DNA of 64,000 bases from the NCBI GenBank assembly GCA_045612665.1, contig JAZKZO010000037.1:31051-95050 (forward strand). Direction: 5' to 3'. Shown here in pieces: positions 29,554-38,763 of this stretch. The position numbers and the translations under genes were made by a program. The notes below the pieces were generated by a model. It saw only the letters and a program-made list of their open reading frames with translations. It did not search any database and had not been told where the DNA came from. The stretch is from Eubacteriales bacterium. Its GTDB lineage: Bacteria > Bacillota > Clostridia > Oscillospirales > CAG-272. How positions within the stretch are numbered: the first letter of the stretch is position 1; the number at the start of each line of letters is the position of its first letter.

Positions 29554-30280
29554 GGACTTTTTAAAGCGTGCTTTTATAACGAGAAAATGCATTCTTTGCG
29601 GTGATGTTATAGATTATAAAAGAGACGCACCGTTTTGCGACGAATGCCTGCCCGAATGGCTAAATAATTTAGATTCTATGTGCCTAAAATGTGGCTTTGA
29701 TTGCGATTTTTGCACTTGCTTGCCGGAAAGAGTAAGAGAAATTTCTCATCTATCCGCCTTCGGAGTTTTCTATTCTCCTAAATTATCAACACCTGTCAAT
29801 CGAATTGTTTATAGAATGAAAAGGGACTATAATCTTCCCACAATTCGATATTGCGCTAAGGTGCTTGTTAAAAAGATAGTAAAATCCTTTGCTAAAAACG
29901 GAGTAAGCTATAAGGGCTTTGTGGTTACTTATCCACCGAGAAGAAAAAAGGCCGTTTCTAAATACGGATACGACCACGCGGAGCTTTTGGCAAAAGAGGT
30001 TGCTAAGCTTTTGAAGCTTGATATAGTAAAGGTTTTTAAAAATATTGGAGCTGAGGAGCAAAAAGCGCTCACTAAAACTCAAAGATTTGCTAACGCCAGT
30101 GGTGCATATGCACTTTTGGATAACGTGAGCTTGAAAAATAAGAAATTTTTAATAGTTGACGATGTAATGACGAGTGGAGCAACGCTTAATATATGCTCAA
30201 AAATGCTACTTTCAAACGGAGCGTCCGCAGTTGTTCCGGTAGCCTTTGCAAAGGATACTAAAACAAATTCAGATAACTAA
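29540..30280 (+). CDS. comFC: ComF family protein (zinc-ribbon plus phosphoribosyltransferase domain)
   Basis: N-terminal CxxC...CxxC pairs and a PRTase motif (LIVDDVMTSGATL). Follows recD2 as in many Firmicutes. Confidence 0.75.
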   Translation: MIKLKDFLKRAFITRKCILCGDVIDYKRDAPFCDECLPEWLNNLDSMCLKCGFDCDFCTCLPERVREISHLSAFGVFYSPKLSTPVNRIVYRMKRDYNLPTIRYCAKVLVKKIVKSFAKNGVSYKGFVVTYPPRRKKAVSKYGYDHAELLAKEVAKLLKLDIVKVFKNIGAEEQKALTKTQRFANASGAYALLDNVSLKNKKFLIVDDVMTSGATLNICSKMLLSNGASAVVPVAFAKDTKTNSDN

Positions 30281-30298
30281 AAATGGAGGAAATAAAAA

Positions 30299-30733
30299 AT
30301 GTTAAAGGGAATACCAAGTATTATATCTCCGGAGCTTTTAAAGGTTCTTTGTGAGATGGGACACAGCGATAGAATAGTTATCGCAGACGGCAATTTTCCG
30401 TCAGAATCAATGGGAAAGAACGCAAAGGTAATCAGATGCGACGGACACGGAGTGCCTGAAATCCTTGATGCAATTCTTCAGCTTTTCCCACTCGATACCT
30501 ACGTTGAAAAGCCTGTTGTTTTGATGGAGGTAATGAAGGGCGATAATGCTAAAACGCCTATTTGGGATGAATATAAGAAAATCATCACCAAATACGACCA
30601 AAGAGGCGCCGATACCGTTGGAACAATTGATAGATTTAAGTTCTATGACGAGGCAAGAGAGGCATACGCAATAATTGCAACAAGCGAGAAGGCGATATAC
30701 GCAAATGTAATGCTTCAAAAGGGCGTAATTTAA
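30299..30733 (+). CDS. fucU: L-fucose mutarotase / RbsD-FucU family protein
   Basis: 144 aa; LKGIPSIISPELLKVLCEMGHSDRIVIADGNFP is typical of FucU. Confidence 0.75.
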   Translation: MLKGIPSIISPELLKVLCEMGHSDRIVIADGNFPSESMGKNAKVIRCDGHGVPEILDAILQLFPLDTYVEKPVVLMEVMKGDNAKTPIWDEYKKIITKYDQRGADTVGTIDRFKFYDEAREAYAIIATSEKAIYANVMLQKGVI

Positions 30734-30760
30734 TAATTTTTTTACTTGTTAAAAAAAGTG

Positions 30761-30789
30761 TTGACATTTGAAAAATCATAATGTATAAT
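30761..30789 (+). promoter_or_regulatory. Consensus sigma-A promoter
   Basis: TTGACA (30761-30766), 17 nt, TATAAT (30784-30789). Confidence 0.7.
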
Positions 30790-30795
30790 GATGGC

Positions 30796-30880
30796 GAGGG
30801 AGTAGCCGGCGCATTTTGCGTTTACATTGCCGTCAGTACGATTTTCAATCCGGTTTTGTAAGTAAATGGCGAGACTTATA
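30796..30880 (+). promoter_or_regulatory. Structured leader, candidate yybP-ykoY (Mn2+) type riboswitch
   Basis: 5' GAGGGAGUAGCC resembles the GGGGAGUAGC hallmark, and 3' GGCGAGAC resembles the conserved GCAAGAC. Internal helices are possible (CCGG/CCGG, CGCA/UGCG). A cation transporter lies downstream. The outer P1 pairing is unclear. Confidence 0.5.
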
Positions 30881-30917
30881 TGTCATTTTTATGTCTATAA
30901 GTCTCGCCATTTTTTTG
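30866..30917 (+). terminator. Leader terminator (attenuator) upstream of the antiporter
   Basis: 15-bp perfect stem ATGGCGAGACTTATA / TATAAGTCTCGCCAT followed by T7. The 5' arm contains the conserved GGCGAGAC of the putative aptamer. Confidence 0.85.
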
Positions 30918-30952
30918 CGCAAATTTAAAGCTTGTGGACAAAAGGAGAAAAA

Positions 30953-31939
30953 ATGGATATTATTTGGATCATTGTTGCCATTTTGGCACTTGCCACAGGA
31001 TTCTTTCTCTTAGCCAAGGGCGCAGACTGGTTCGTTGACGGTGCGGCAGGAATTGCAACAAAGCTTAAAATTCCACAGCTTGTCATAGGACTTACAATTG
31101 TGGCTATGGGAACGAGTGCACCTGAGGCAGCAGTTAGTATTAGCGCGGCCTTGCAGGAAAACGGCGCTATAACTGTCGGAAATGTTGTAGGAAGTAATAT
31201 TTTGAACATACTTATAATATTAGGGCTTTCTGCAACAATTACATCTCTTGCGGTATCTAAATCTACCATGAGAATTGATATCCCTGTAATGCTTGGTGCA
31301 ACGGGACTTTTGTTGCTATTTGGATGGAATGGCGTGGTTGTTTGGTGGGAAGGACTTATAATTCTTGCTTGCTTTATTTCATACCTTGCTTATTTATTTG
31401 TGGATGCAAGAAAAAGCATGAAAAATAATCTGGAATTGTCAAATTCCTCAAGCGAAGAAAAGATTGACGAAAATAAGGAAGAAAAACCACACTTTTTGCT
31501 CAAATCGGTTATCTTTGCAATAATAGGACTTGCAATGATTATTTTAGGTAGCCATTTTTCCGTTGAATCCGCTACTTTTTTGGCAGAAAAAATGGGAGTT
31601 AGCGACAAGTTTATCGGTCTTACAGTAGTTGCACTTGGCACATCCTTGCCAGAGCTGTTTACCTCTGTTTCCGCCGCTATGAAAAAGAATGCGGATATTG
31701 CTATCGGCAATATAGTGGGAAGTAACATTTTCAACATACTGTTTATAGTTGGAATTACTTCAATAATAACTCCCGTCGGATTTGTAAGCTCGTTTAGAAT
31801 AGATACAATAATCGCTTTTGCTGTAGGCATAGCTCTTTGGCTCTTTGCTTTGAAGGGAAGAACACTCAAAAGATGGGGTGGAATTGCGATGCTTGCTATG
31901 TATGGAGCATATTTTGCTTATCTTTTAGTCATTGGCTAA
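30953..31939 (+). CDS. Ca2+/Na+ antiporter family protein (CaCA, YrbG-like)
   Basis: Two alpha-repeats (GTSAPE...GNVVGSN and GTSLPE...GNIVGSN). ATG 30953 follows an AAGGAGA RBS. Confidence 0.85.
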   Translation: MDIIWIIVAILALATGFFLLAKGADWFVDGAAGIATKLKIPQLVIGLTIVAMGTSAPEAAVSISAALQENGAITVGNVVGSNILNILIILGLSATITSLAVSKSTMRIDIPVMLGATGLLLLFGWNGVVVWWEGLIILACFISYLAYLFVDARKSMKNNLELSNSSSEEKIDENKEEKPHFLLKSVIFAIIGLAMIILGSHFSVESATFLAEKMGVSDKFIGLTVVALGTSLPELFTSVSAAMKKNADIAIGNIVGSNIFNILFIVGITSIITPVGFVSSFRIDTIIAFAVGIALWLFALKGRTLKRWGGIAMLAMYGAYFAYLLVIG

Positions 31940-31971
31940 TATCATAAATTTAAATTTTAAAGGAGAAAAAT

Positions 31972-33651
31972 ATGGAAATACTTTTAGGCATTCTTTCCTT
32001 GTTAACTGGCGTAGGCGTTTTTATTGCAGGAATGAATATGATGGGCGACGGCCTTGAAAAAAGCGCCGGAGGCGGACTAAAACGACTTCTTGCTAAAATA
32101 AGCAACAACCGTTTTGCCGGAGTAGGTATCGGTGCTACCGTTACGGCTATTATTCAAAGCTCAAGTGCTACGAGTGTAATGGCAATAGGTCTTGTTAATG
32201 CAGGGGTTATGACTCTTTTCCAAGCAACTGCAATCATTATGGGAGCAAATATAGGAACAACCGTTACAGGTCTTATCGTGGCTCTTTCAGGCTCTAATGG
32301 CGGTGGGACAAGCATCGGATTTTCCGAGATTGCAATGCTTTTTGCCTTCATTGGAATTATGATGACCTTCTTGAAAAACGAAAAGCTGAAAAGAATAGGC
32401 GGAATCCTTGGGGGACTAGGACTTATTTTCGTTGGTCTTGATATAATGGGTGGAGCTCTTAAGGGAAATGACGAGCTTAACGGATTTTTCTCGAATCTTT
32501 TTGAGGCGATTGATTTTCCGTTGTTGCTTATCATTTTGGGAGCGTTGTTTACTGCTCTTATCCAGTCTTCATCTGCTGCTACCGGTATAGTAATCGTTAT
32601 GGCAGGCTCGGGCGCAATTTCGATAGGGTCGGCATTATTTATAGTTTTAGGCTCTAATATAGGTACTTGTGTAACAGCTCTTATTGCTTGCCTTGGCGCT
32701 AGCGCTAACTCGAAGAGAACAGCGTTTATTCACTTTACCTTCAATACAATAGGAACTGTATTGTTTACAACATTCCTTTGGCCGACCGGCTCTTGGTTCC
32801 CAAGTGTTTTACAAAAGCTTTTCCCGGCAGGCCCGGAGCTTCAAATTGCGATGTTCCACGTAATATTTAACGTTACAACGTCTCTTGTTTTGATTCCTTT
32901 CATAAACCAGCTTGTTAAGCTTGCGATTTTTGTCATCAAGGAAAAGAAGAGTAGTGAAGAACAGTATCAGCTCAAATTTGTTGATGAAAGACTTCTTAAA
33001 ACTCCTGCAATTGCCGTTATGCAGGTAAAAAAAGAGGTTGAATATATGGCATCCTTGGCAAAGGAAAATCTTGCAAGGGCCTTTGAGGAAATGCAAAATA
33101 AGGATGGAAAAAACAAGGAGCTTCTTTATAAGGTAGAGGGTGCTATTAACTTTACAAACAATGCAATGACGAAATATCTTATTCAGCTATCTCCACTCCT
33201 TGATTCAGATGATGAGCAGATTGTGGGCTCATATTTCCACGTTCTTAACGACCTTGAAAGAATAGGAGACCACGCGGAAAACTTCTTTGAAATTGGGTCT
33301 CAAATGGGCGCGGAAAACCTTTCTTTTTCGGATATGGCATTCGGAGAAATTATGGAAATGTACCGCAAGGTTGATAGAATGTTTGAGATTTCACTTGATG
33401 CCTTTGATAACGTTTCATCAGAGCATTTAAAGGAGCTTACAAGCCTTGAAAACGAGGTTGACGCTCTTAAAAAGAGACTTTCATCACAGCATTTTACAAG
33501 ACTTGCAGCGGGCGATTGCAAGGTGGAGCAGAGTGCATATTTCTTCTCGACAGTTGCCGGCCTTGAAAGAGTTGCAGACCACCTTATAAATATCGGTTAC
33601 AGTATTTTGACACCGACAGGAGATCAAAAATACGCACTTAAAAATTCGTGA
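31972..33651 (+). CDS. Na/Pi cotransporter family protein with C-terminal PhoU-like repeats
   Basis: N-terminal NptA-type membrane domain (QSSSATS repeated) and a C-terminal PhoU-like domain (ERIGDHAEN, ERVADHLIN). Confidence 0.85.
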   Translation: MEILLGILSLLTGVGVFIAGMNMMGDGLEKSAGGGLKRLLAKISNNRFAGVGIGATVTAIIQSSSATSVMAIGLVNAGVMTLFQATAIIMGANIGTTVTGLIVALSGSNGGGTSIGFSEIAMLFAFIGIMMTFLKNEKLKRIGGILGGLGLIFVGLDIMGGALKGNDELNGFFSNLFEAIDFPLLLIILGALFTALIQSSSAATGIVIVMAGSGAISIGSALFIVLGSNIGTCVTALIACLGASANSKRTAFIHFTFNTIGTVLFTTFLWPTGSWFPSVLQKLFPAGPELQIAMFHVIFNVTTSLVLIPFINQLVKLAIFVIKEKKSSEEQYQLKFVDERLLKTPAIAVMQVKKEVEYMASLAKENLARAFEEMQNKDGKNKELLYKVEGAINFTNNAMTKYLIQLSPLLDSDDEQIVGSYFHVLNDLERIGDHAENFFEIGSQMGAENLSFSDMAFGEIMEMYRKVDRMFEISLDAFDNVSSEHLKELTSLENEVDALKKRLSSQHFTRLAAGDCKVEQSAYFFSTVAGLERVADHLINIGYSILTPTGDQKYALKNS

Positions 33652-33716
33652 ATTTATGAATTTAAAAAATTAAAAATTCTAAAAACATAAAAAACCAAAA
33701 ATCACGCATAACAAAT

Positions 33717-33744
33717 GCGCTTTGAGATTTCAAAGCGCTTTTTT
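33717..33744 (+). terminator. Terminator between convergent genes
   Basis: GCGCTTTG/CAAAGCGC stem followed by T6. Confidence 0.7.
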
Positions 33745-33760
33745 ATTATTGAATTTTTAA

Positions 33761-35017
33761 TTAAAGATTAGATACGATTGTTGCAGTATCCTTTGCAATC
33801 ATAAGCTCCTCGTTTGTAGGAAGAACGTATACCTTAACCTTTGATTTTGGAGTTGAAAGCTCAACTGTGTTAGGCTGTCTTAATGTCTTTGCATTAAGCT
33901 CGAAATCAATGTCGATTCCATAGAAATCCATATCACGGCAAACTCTATCACGAAGCTCGGGGTTGTTTTCACCCATGCCTGCGGTAAATACGATAGCGTC
34001 AAGACCGTTCATAACAGCGGAGTATGAGCCGATGTATTTTTTGATTTGGAATGCGAGAATGTCAGCTGCGAGCTGAGCGTGCTTGGTTGTGATAGCCTTT
34101 TCCTCATCGGTCTTTGGAGCGCCTGGGAGCTCGTCATTGAACTTGCCGAGAATAGCAGCCTCAATATCACGGCTATCTGATGAATATCCGCTAACTCCGA
34201 GGAATCCGCACTTCTTATTCATGAAATCGGTGATTGCATCAACGCTGATGTTGTACTTCTTCATAATGTAAGGAACGATAGCTGGGTCGATAGAACCGCA
34301 TCTTGTGCCCATCTCAACACCGTCAAGTGGAGTGAAGCCCATTGAGGTGTCAACAACCTTACCGTCTCTTACAGCTGAAATAGAAGAGCCGTTACCGATA
34401 TGGCAGGTGATAATCTTGGAATCCTTTTTGTTAAGAATTTTGTTCATTTCTTGAGAAACAAACTTGTGTGATGTGCCGTGCATACCGTATCTTCTAATGT
34501 GATCCTCTTCAACCATCTTGATCGGAAGAGCATATGTATAAGCCTTTGGCTCCATTGTCTGATGGAATGCTGTATCGAAAACTGCAACTTGAGGAGTTTT
34601 AGGCATTACCTTTTGGCAACCCTTAATACCCATAATGTGTGCTGGGTTGTGAAGTGGTGCAAACTCGATGCACTTTTCAATTATGCTCATAACCTCATCA
34701 GTAACGAGACAGCTGTCTGAAATGTAAGGACCACCGTGAACAACTCTGTGTCCTACAGCCTCGATCTCGTCCATGCTTGAAATACAGCCGTATTCCTTGT
34801 CAGTAAGCATATTAACAACGATTTCGGTTGCGATAGAGTGGTCATCCATTGGGATTTCTTTCTTAATTTTTGTTCCGTCCGCCTTCTTGTGCTCAATCAA
34901 GCTACCTGCCATACCGATTCTTTCGCAGATGCCCTTTGCAAGCACATCCTCGGTGGTGGTATCCATAAGCTGATATTTGAGAGAAGAGCTTCCGGCGTTA
35001 ACTACAAGTACTTTCAT
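33761..35017 (-). CDS. ackA: Acetate kinase
   Basis: MKVLVVNAGSSSLKYQL start with AckA similarity throughout. There is a roughly 18-aa insertion after the SDSRDIE segment. Confidence 0.95.
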   Translation of the reverse strand: MKVLVVNAGSSSLKYQLMDTTTEDVLAKGICERIGMAGSLIEHKKADGTKIKKEIPMDDHSIATEIVVNMLTDKEYGCISSMDEIEAVGHRVVHGGPYISDSCLVTDEVMSIIEKCIEFAPLHNPAHIMGIKGCQKVMPKTPQVAVFDTAFHQTMEPKAYTYALPIKMVEEDHIRRYGMHGTSHKFVSQEMNKILNKKDSKIITCHIGNGSSISAVRDGKVVDTSMGFTPLDGVEMGTRCGSIDPAIVPYIMKKYNISVDAITDFMNKKCGFLGVSGYSSDSRDIEAAILGKFNDELPGAPKTDEEKAITTKHAQLAADILAFQIKKYIGSYSAVMNGLDAIVFTAGMGENNPELRDRVCRDMDFYGIDIDFELNAKTLRQPNTVELSTPKSKVKVYVLPTNEELMIAKDTATIVSNL

Positions 35018-35041
35018 TTTTGTTCCTCCTGAAAATGTTTC

Positions 35042-35070
35042 TTGACAAATTTAAAATTATCGTTTATATT
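35042..35070 (+). promoter_or_regulatory. Candidate promoter of tmcAL
   Basis: TTGACA, 17 nt, TATATT. Confidence 0.5.
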
Positions 35071-35096
35071 ATATATCAAAGGAGTTGTAATTTCAA
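35068..35096 (-). promoter_or_regulatory. Candidate promoter of ackA
   Basis: On the minus strand: TTGAAA, 17 nt, TATAAT. Its -10 element overlaps the -10 of the opposite promoter. Confidence 0.5.
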
Positions 35097-35152
35097 GGTT
35101 TAAAATCAAACTTTTGGAAAAAATTCCTATATTTTTAAAAGGAGAATAAAAA

Positions 35153-36310
35153 ATGGCAAAAACAGTCGCTATAATTTGTGAATATAATCCATTCCATATG
35201 GGCCATAAGCATCAAATTGATGAGATTAGAAAAAATATTCCTGATGCAAGAGTTGTGGCGATTATGTCAGGAAACGTAACTCAAAGAGGAGAATTTGCCA
35301 TTTTTGACAAATACACTCGCGCAAAAAGTGCTGTTTTATGCGGAGTGAATGCGGTTTATGAGATACCGTATCCGTATTCTTGTGCCAGTGCTGAGGTCTT
35401 TGCAAGGGCGGGAGTTAAAATAGCGAGTGAGTTGGGGGCTGACTATCTTTGCTTTGGCTCTGAAAGCGCTAATTTGGAAAATCTTTGGAATGTTGCAAAT
35501 TTAATCAACTCCGTTCGATTTGAAGAACAAATGTCGGATATTTTAAAGGATAAGACTCTTAGCTATTCGGTAGCAAGAGAGGAGGCACTTAAAAGACTTG
35601 GAATCGATGCTCCAAAGCTTTCCAATGATATTTTGGGCGTTGAATATTTAAGGGCGATAAGTCAAATTGCACCGTCTATAAGTCCGTATCCTATAAAGCG
35701 AATAGGCGAGGGATATAAGAGCGAAAGCATAGGCGAGCTTATGTCGGCTAGCGCAATAAGAAAAAGCTTTTATGAGGGCAAAGGACTCTTGTCTATACCT
35801 AGCGAGGAAAAAGAATTCCTTGACGGTGAAAATTATCTCGATTTAGAGCGTGCAAACGACTTTTTGTTTAGAAGCGCCTTGATGATGAAACCGAGCGAAA
35901 TCGAGGGATTATATGATGTTCCAGGCGGTTGCGGATACTTTGTATCCGAAATTGCTAAAAGCTGTAACGGTGCAAATGAATTTTTTGCCTCTTTAAGCTC
36001 TAAATCTTATACTAGCGCAAGGCTCAGAAGAATAGTTATGTATGCTTGTACAGGCGTTAAAACACTCGAGCCATTGCCGACTTACACACAACTTTTAGCC
36101 GTGGATTCTCTTGGAAGAGAGCACCTTAAATCGTTGAAAAAAACGATTGAAATTTCGGTTCTTACAAAGCACTCGGATTCTAAAAAATTAAGCGAAGCTG
36201 CACTTGAAAATTATACACTTGGCAAAAAAACCGATGAGCTTTATTATACACTTTTAAAGAGGCCTCTTTCGGCGTCTGAAGCATATAAAAAAACAACGAT
36301 TATTATGTAA
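35153..36310 (+). CDS. tmcAL: tRNA(Met) cytidine acetate ligase (YlbM/UPF0348 nucleotidyltransferase family)
   Basis: ICEYNPFHMGHKHQI (HxGH-type) N terminus and a length typical of TmcAL. Confidence 0.8.
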   Translation: MAKTVAIICEYNPFHMGHKHQIDEIRKNIPDARVVAIMSGNVTQRGEFAIFDKYTRAKSAVLCGVNAVYEIPYPYSCASAEVFARAGVKIASELGADYLCFGSESANLENLWNVANLINSVRFEEQMSDILKDKTLSYSVAREEALKRLGIDAPKLSNDILGVEYLRAISQIAPSISPYPIKRIGEGYKSESIGELMSASAIRKSFYEGKGLLSIPSEEKEFLDGENYLDLERANDFLFRSALMMKPSEIEGLYDVPGGCGYFVSEIAKSCNGANEFFASLSSKSYTSARLRRIVMYACTGVKTLEPLPTYTQLLAVDSLGREHLKSLKKTIEISVLTKHSDSKKLSEAALENYTLGKKTDELYYTLLKRPLSASEAYKKTTIIM

Positions 36311-36345
36311 CAAAATCTCCACCTTGAGTGGAGATTTTGCTTTTT
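36311..36345. terminator. Bidirectional terminator
   Basis: AATCTCCAC/GTGGAGATT stem flanked by A and T runs. It lies between convergent genes. Confidence 0.7.
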
Positions 36346-36562
36346 ATTCTATTTCTCTTGCATCGGTAGAGCGTTCTCTAAACAACAAAGAAACGCACCA
36401 AAGAGCGCAGAGCGCGATAACAACATAAATTATTCTGGAAACTACGGCATCAGCGCCTCCGAACATCCATGCCACAATATCGAACTGAAAAAGACCTACG
36501 CTACCCCAGTTAAGACCACCGACAATGAGCAGAAAAAGAGCAATTCTGTCCATAATCATCAT
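36344..36562 (-). CDS. DUF378 family small membrane protein
   Basis: DRIALFLLIVGGLNWGSVGLFQFDIV is typical of DUF378. The start is taken at the first ATG after the GGAGGA RBS. Confidence 0.7.
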   Translation of the reverse strand: MMIMDRIALFLLIVGGLNWGSVGLFQFDIVAWMFGGADAVVSRIIYVVIALCALWCVSLLFRERSTDAREIE

Positions 36563-36704
36563 AATAGAAATCCTCCAATTTGAACTTTCGTTCAATGATA
36601 TTTTGTCTCAAAAGGTGATTATTATGCCCATTTTTAAATGGAAAAATATACCTGACAAGCAATTTTTTAAAAAAATCAAGTATAGATAACTGTGAGGTGA
36701 TAAT

Positions 36705-37388
36705 ATGGGATTTTTAGCGATGCTTTTGAGATTGACTTATATGGTTTTGGGAGTTGAGCCGATACAAAAGTTTCCTCCGGCTCTTTCCCCCGAGCAGGAA
36801 AAGGAAGCGTTTGAACTGGCGCGCGCCGGAGATGAAAAGGCAAGGGAAAGGCTGATAGAGCATAATCTAAGGCTCGTCGCACACGTTGTAAGAAAATACT
36901 ATACAACTGCAAAAACGCCTGAGGATTTGATATCTGTGGGCACAATAGGACTTATAAAGGCGATCGATTCGTTCAATAATTGTAGTGGAACGCGCTTTGC
37001 TACCTATGCCGCAAAATGCATTCAAAATGAAATATTGATGCTTTTCAGAAGCCAAAAGAAGCTAGGCTGCGAGGTGTCATTAAACGACACAATAGATATA
37101 GATAAGGACGGAAATCCTCTTACATATATTGATATAATTTGTACCGAGGATACTATTGCTGATGATATTGACAAGAAAATAAAGATAAATAAAGCGCTTT
37201 CGTTTATTAAAAATCACTTAAATGAAAGAGAAAGACAAATATTGATTATGCGATACGGCCTTGGAAACACAAAGGCGTACACCCAACGAGAGGTTGCCTC
37301 GATTCTTGGTATTTCTCGCTCCTACGTGTCTAGAATAGAGAAATCATCTCTTGAAAAAATAAATAACTATTTGTCCTTTGATTGTTGA
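36705..37388 (+). CDS. sigK: Sporulation sigma factor K (pro-sigma-K), uninterrupted
   Basis: Hydrophobic pro-sequence, then FPPALSPEQEKE and IEHNLRLVAHVVRKY. This is closer to SigK than to SigE, which carries YIGGSEALPPPL. Confidence 0.8.
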   Translation: MGFLAMLLRLTYMVLGVEPIQKFPPALSPEQEKEAFELARAGDEKARERLIEHNLRLVAHVVRKYYTTAKTPEDLISVGTIGLIKAIDSFNNCSGTRFATYAAKCIQNEILMLFRSQKKLGCEVSLNDTIDIDKDGNPLTYIDIICTEDTIADDIDKKIKINKALSFIKNHLNERERQILIMRYGLGNTKAYTQREVASILGISRSYVSRIEKSSLEKINNYLSFDC

Positions 37389-37446
37389 CTTTTTCGCGCC
37401 CGTAATATATAATATATAATTGAATAAGACTGCGAAGAGGTTAAAA

Positions 37447-38751
37447 ATGGTAAGAATTGAAAAGGTAAGCTTAAATTCAATCGCATATAAATCCGGAATT
37501 GTTGCCGGCGATATTCTTATCGGCATTAACGGGCATAAAATATGCGATGTTATAGACTATCAGTTTTATCTTGCAGATACTGATTTGACTCTTAAGCTGA
37601 AAAGAGAAGAGGAATACGAGGTATCGCTTAAAAAGGAAGAGTACGAGGATATAGGTCTTGAGTTTGAAACTCCGTTGATGGATAAAAAGCATAGATGCGA
37701 AAACAAGTGTATCTTTTGCTTTATCGATCAGCTTCCAAAGGGATTAAGAGAGCCTTTATATTTTAAGGACGACGACTCTAGGCTTTCGTTTTTGCACGGC
37801 AACTACGTTACCTTGACAAATCTTCATAGAGAAGATGTGGATAGAATAATACAAATGCACATTTCACCTATAAACGTATCGGTTCATACGACCAATCCCG
37901 AGCTTAGATGCAAAATGATGCACAATAAGCGCGCTGGAGAGGTGCTCTCATATCTTAATGACTTTGCAAATGCTGGCATTGAGATTTGCGGACAGATCGT
38001 TTTGTGTAGAGGGATAAATGACGGCGAGGAGCTTGAAAAGTCCTTAAATGACCTTTCAGCGCTTTATCCGAGCCTTCGTAGCGTGTGTGTTGTACCTTCG
38101 GGTTTGACAGCATATAGGGAAGGACTTTATCCACTTGAGCCGTTTGATAAAAGCTCATCTGCCAAGGTTATAGAGCAGGTGGAAAGAATAAATAACAGCT
38201 ATTCCGAAAAATACGGTAAGAATTTGTTCTTTTGCTCGGATGAATTTTATCTTATGGCTGAGAAAAAGCTACCTCAAGATGAGTATTATGAGGATTATAG
38301 TCAGCTTGAAAACGGTGTAGGTATGCTTATGTTGTTCGAAACAGAGCTTGATTTATTCCTTAAAACCTTGTCAAGGAAAGAAAAGCGTACGCAAAGAAGT
38401 ATTTCGATTGCAACAGGTGTGTCTGCATATGATTTTATTTGCAAAATGGTAGAAAAAATACAAAAGAAATGCAAAAAGATCAAGTGCAACGTTTATAAGA
38501 TTGAAAACGATTTCTTCGGACATACAATAACCGTAGCCGGTCTTATTACAGGTAAGGATCTTGCGAGTCAATTAAAGGATAAGCCTCTTGGTGAAGAGCT
38601 TCTTATATCAAGAAGTATGTTAAGAAGCGATGGAGATTTATTCCTTTGCGGAACCTCGTTAGATGAGTTAAAGGAAATATTAAGGGTAAACGTACTGCCA
38701 ACCGAGTGCGATGGCGCAGGCTTCGCTATGGCAGTGCTTGGGATATCATAA
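37447..38751 (+). CDS. PDZ / radical-SAM-like / DUF512 protein (function unknown)
   Basis: N-terminal PDZ-like segment, a CENKCIFC (CX3CX2C) motif and a DUF512-type C terminus. It holds the conserved position upstream of der. Confidence 0.75.
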   Translation: MVRIEKVSLNSIAYKSGIVAGDILIGINGHKICDVIDYQFYLADTDLTLKLKREEEYEVSLKKEEYEDIGLEFETPLMDKKHRCENKCIFCFIDQLPKGLREPLYFKDDDSRLSFLHGNYVTLTNLHREDVDRIIQMHISPINVSVHTTNPELRCKMMHNKRAGEVLSYLNDFANAGIEICGQIVLCRGINDGEELEKSLNDLSALYPSLRSVCVVPSGLTAYREGLYPLEPFDKSSSAKVIEQVERINNSYSEKYGKNLFFCSDEFYLMAEKKLPQDEYYEDYSQLENGVGMLMLFETELDLFLKTLSRKEKRTQRSISIATGVSAYDFICKMVEKIQKKCKKIKCNVYKIENDFFGHTITVAGLITGKDLASQLKDKPLGEELLISRSMLRSDGDLFLCGTSLDELKEILRVNVLPTECDGAGFAMAVLGIS

Positions 38752-38763
38752 AAGGAGAGAAAA

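Noticed and set aside
36705-37388. I checked whether sigK is interrupted by a skin-like prophage element.
   Set aside because: The ORF is continuous from the pro-sequence to region 4, and there is no recombinase nearby.
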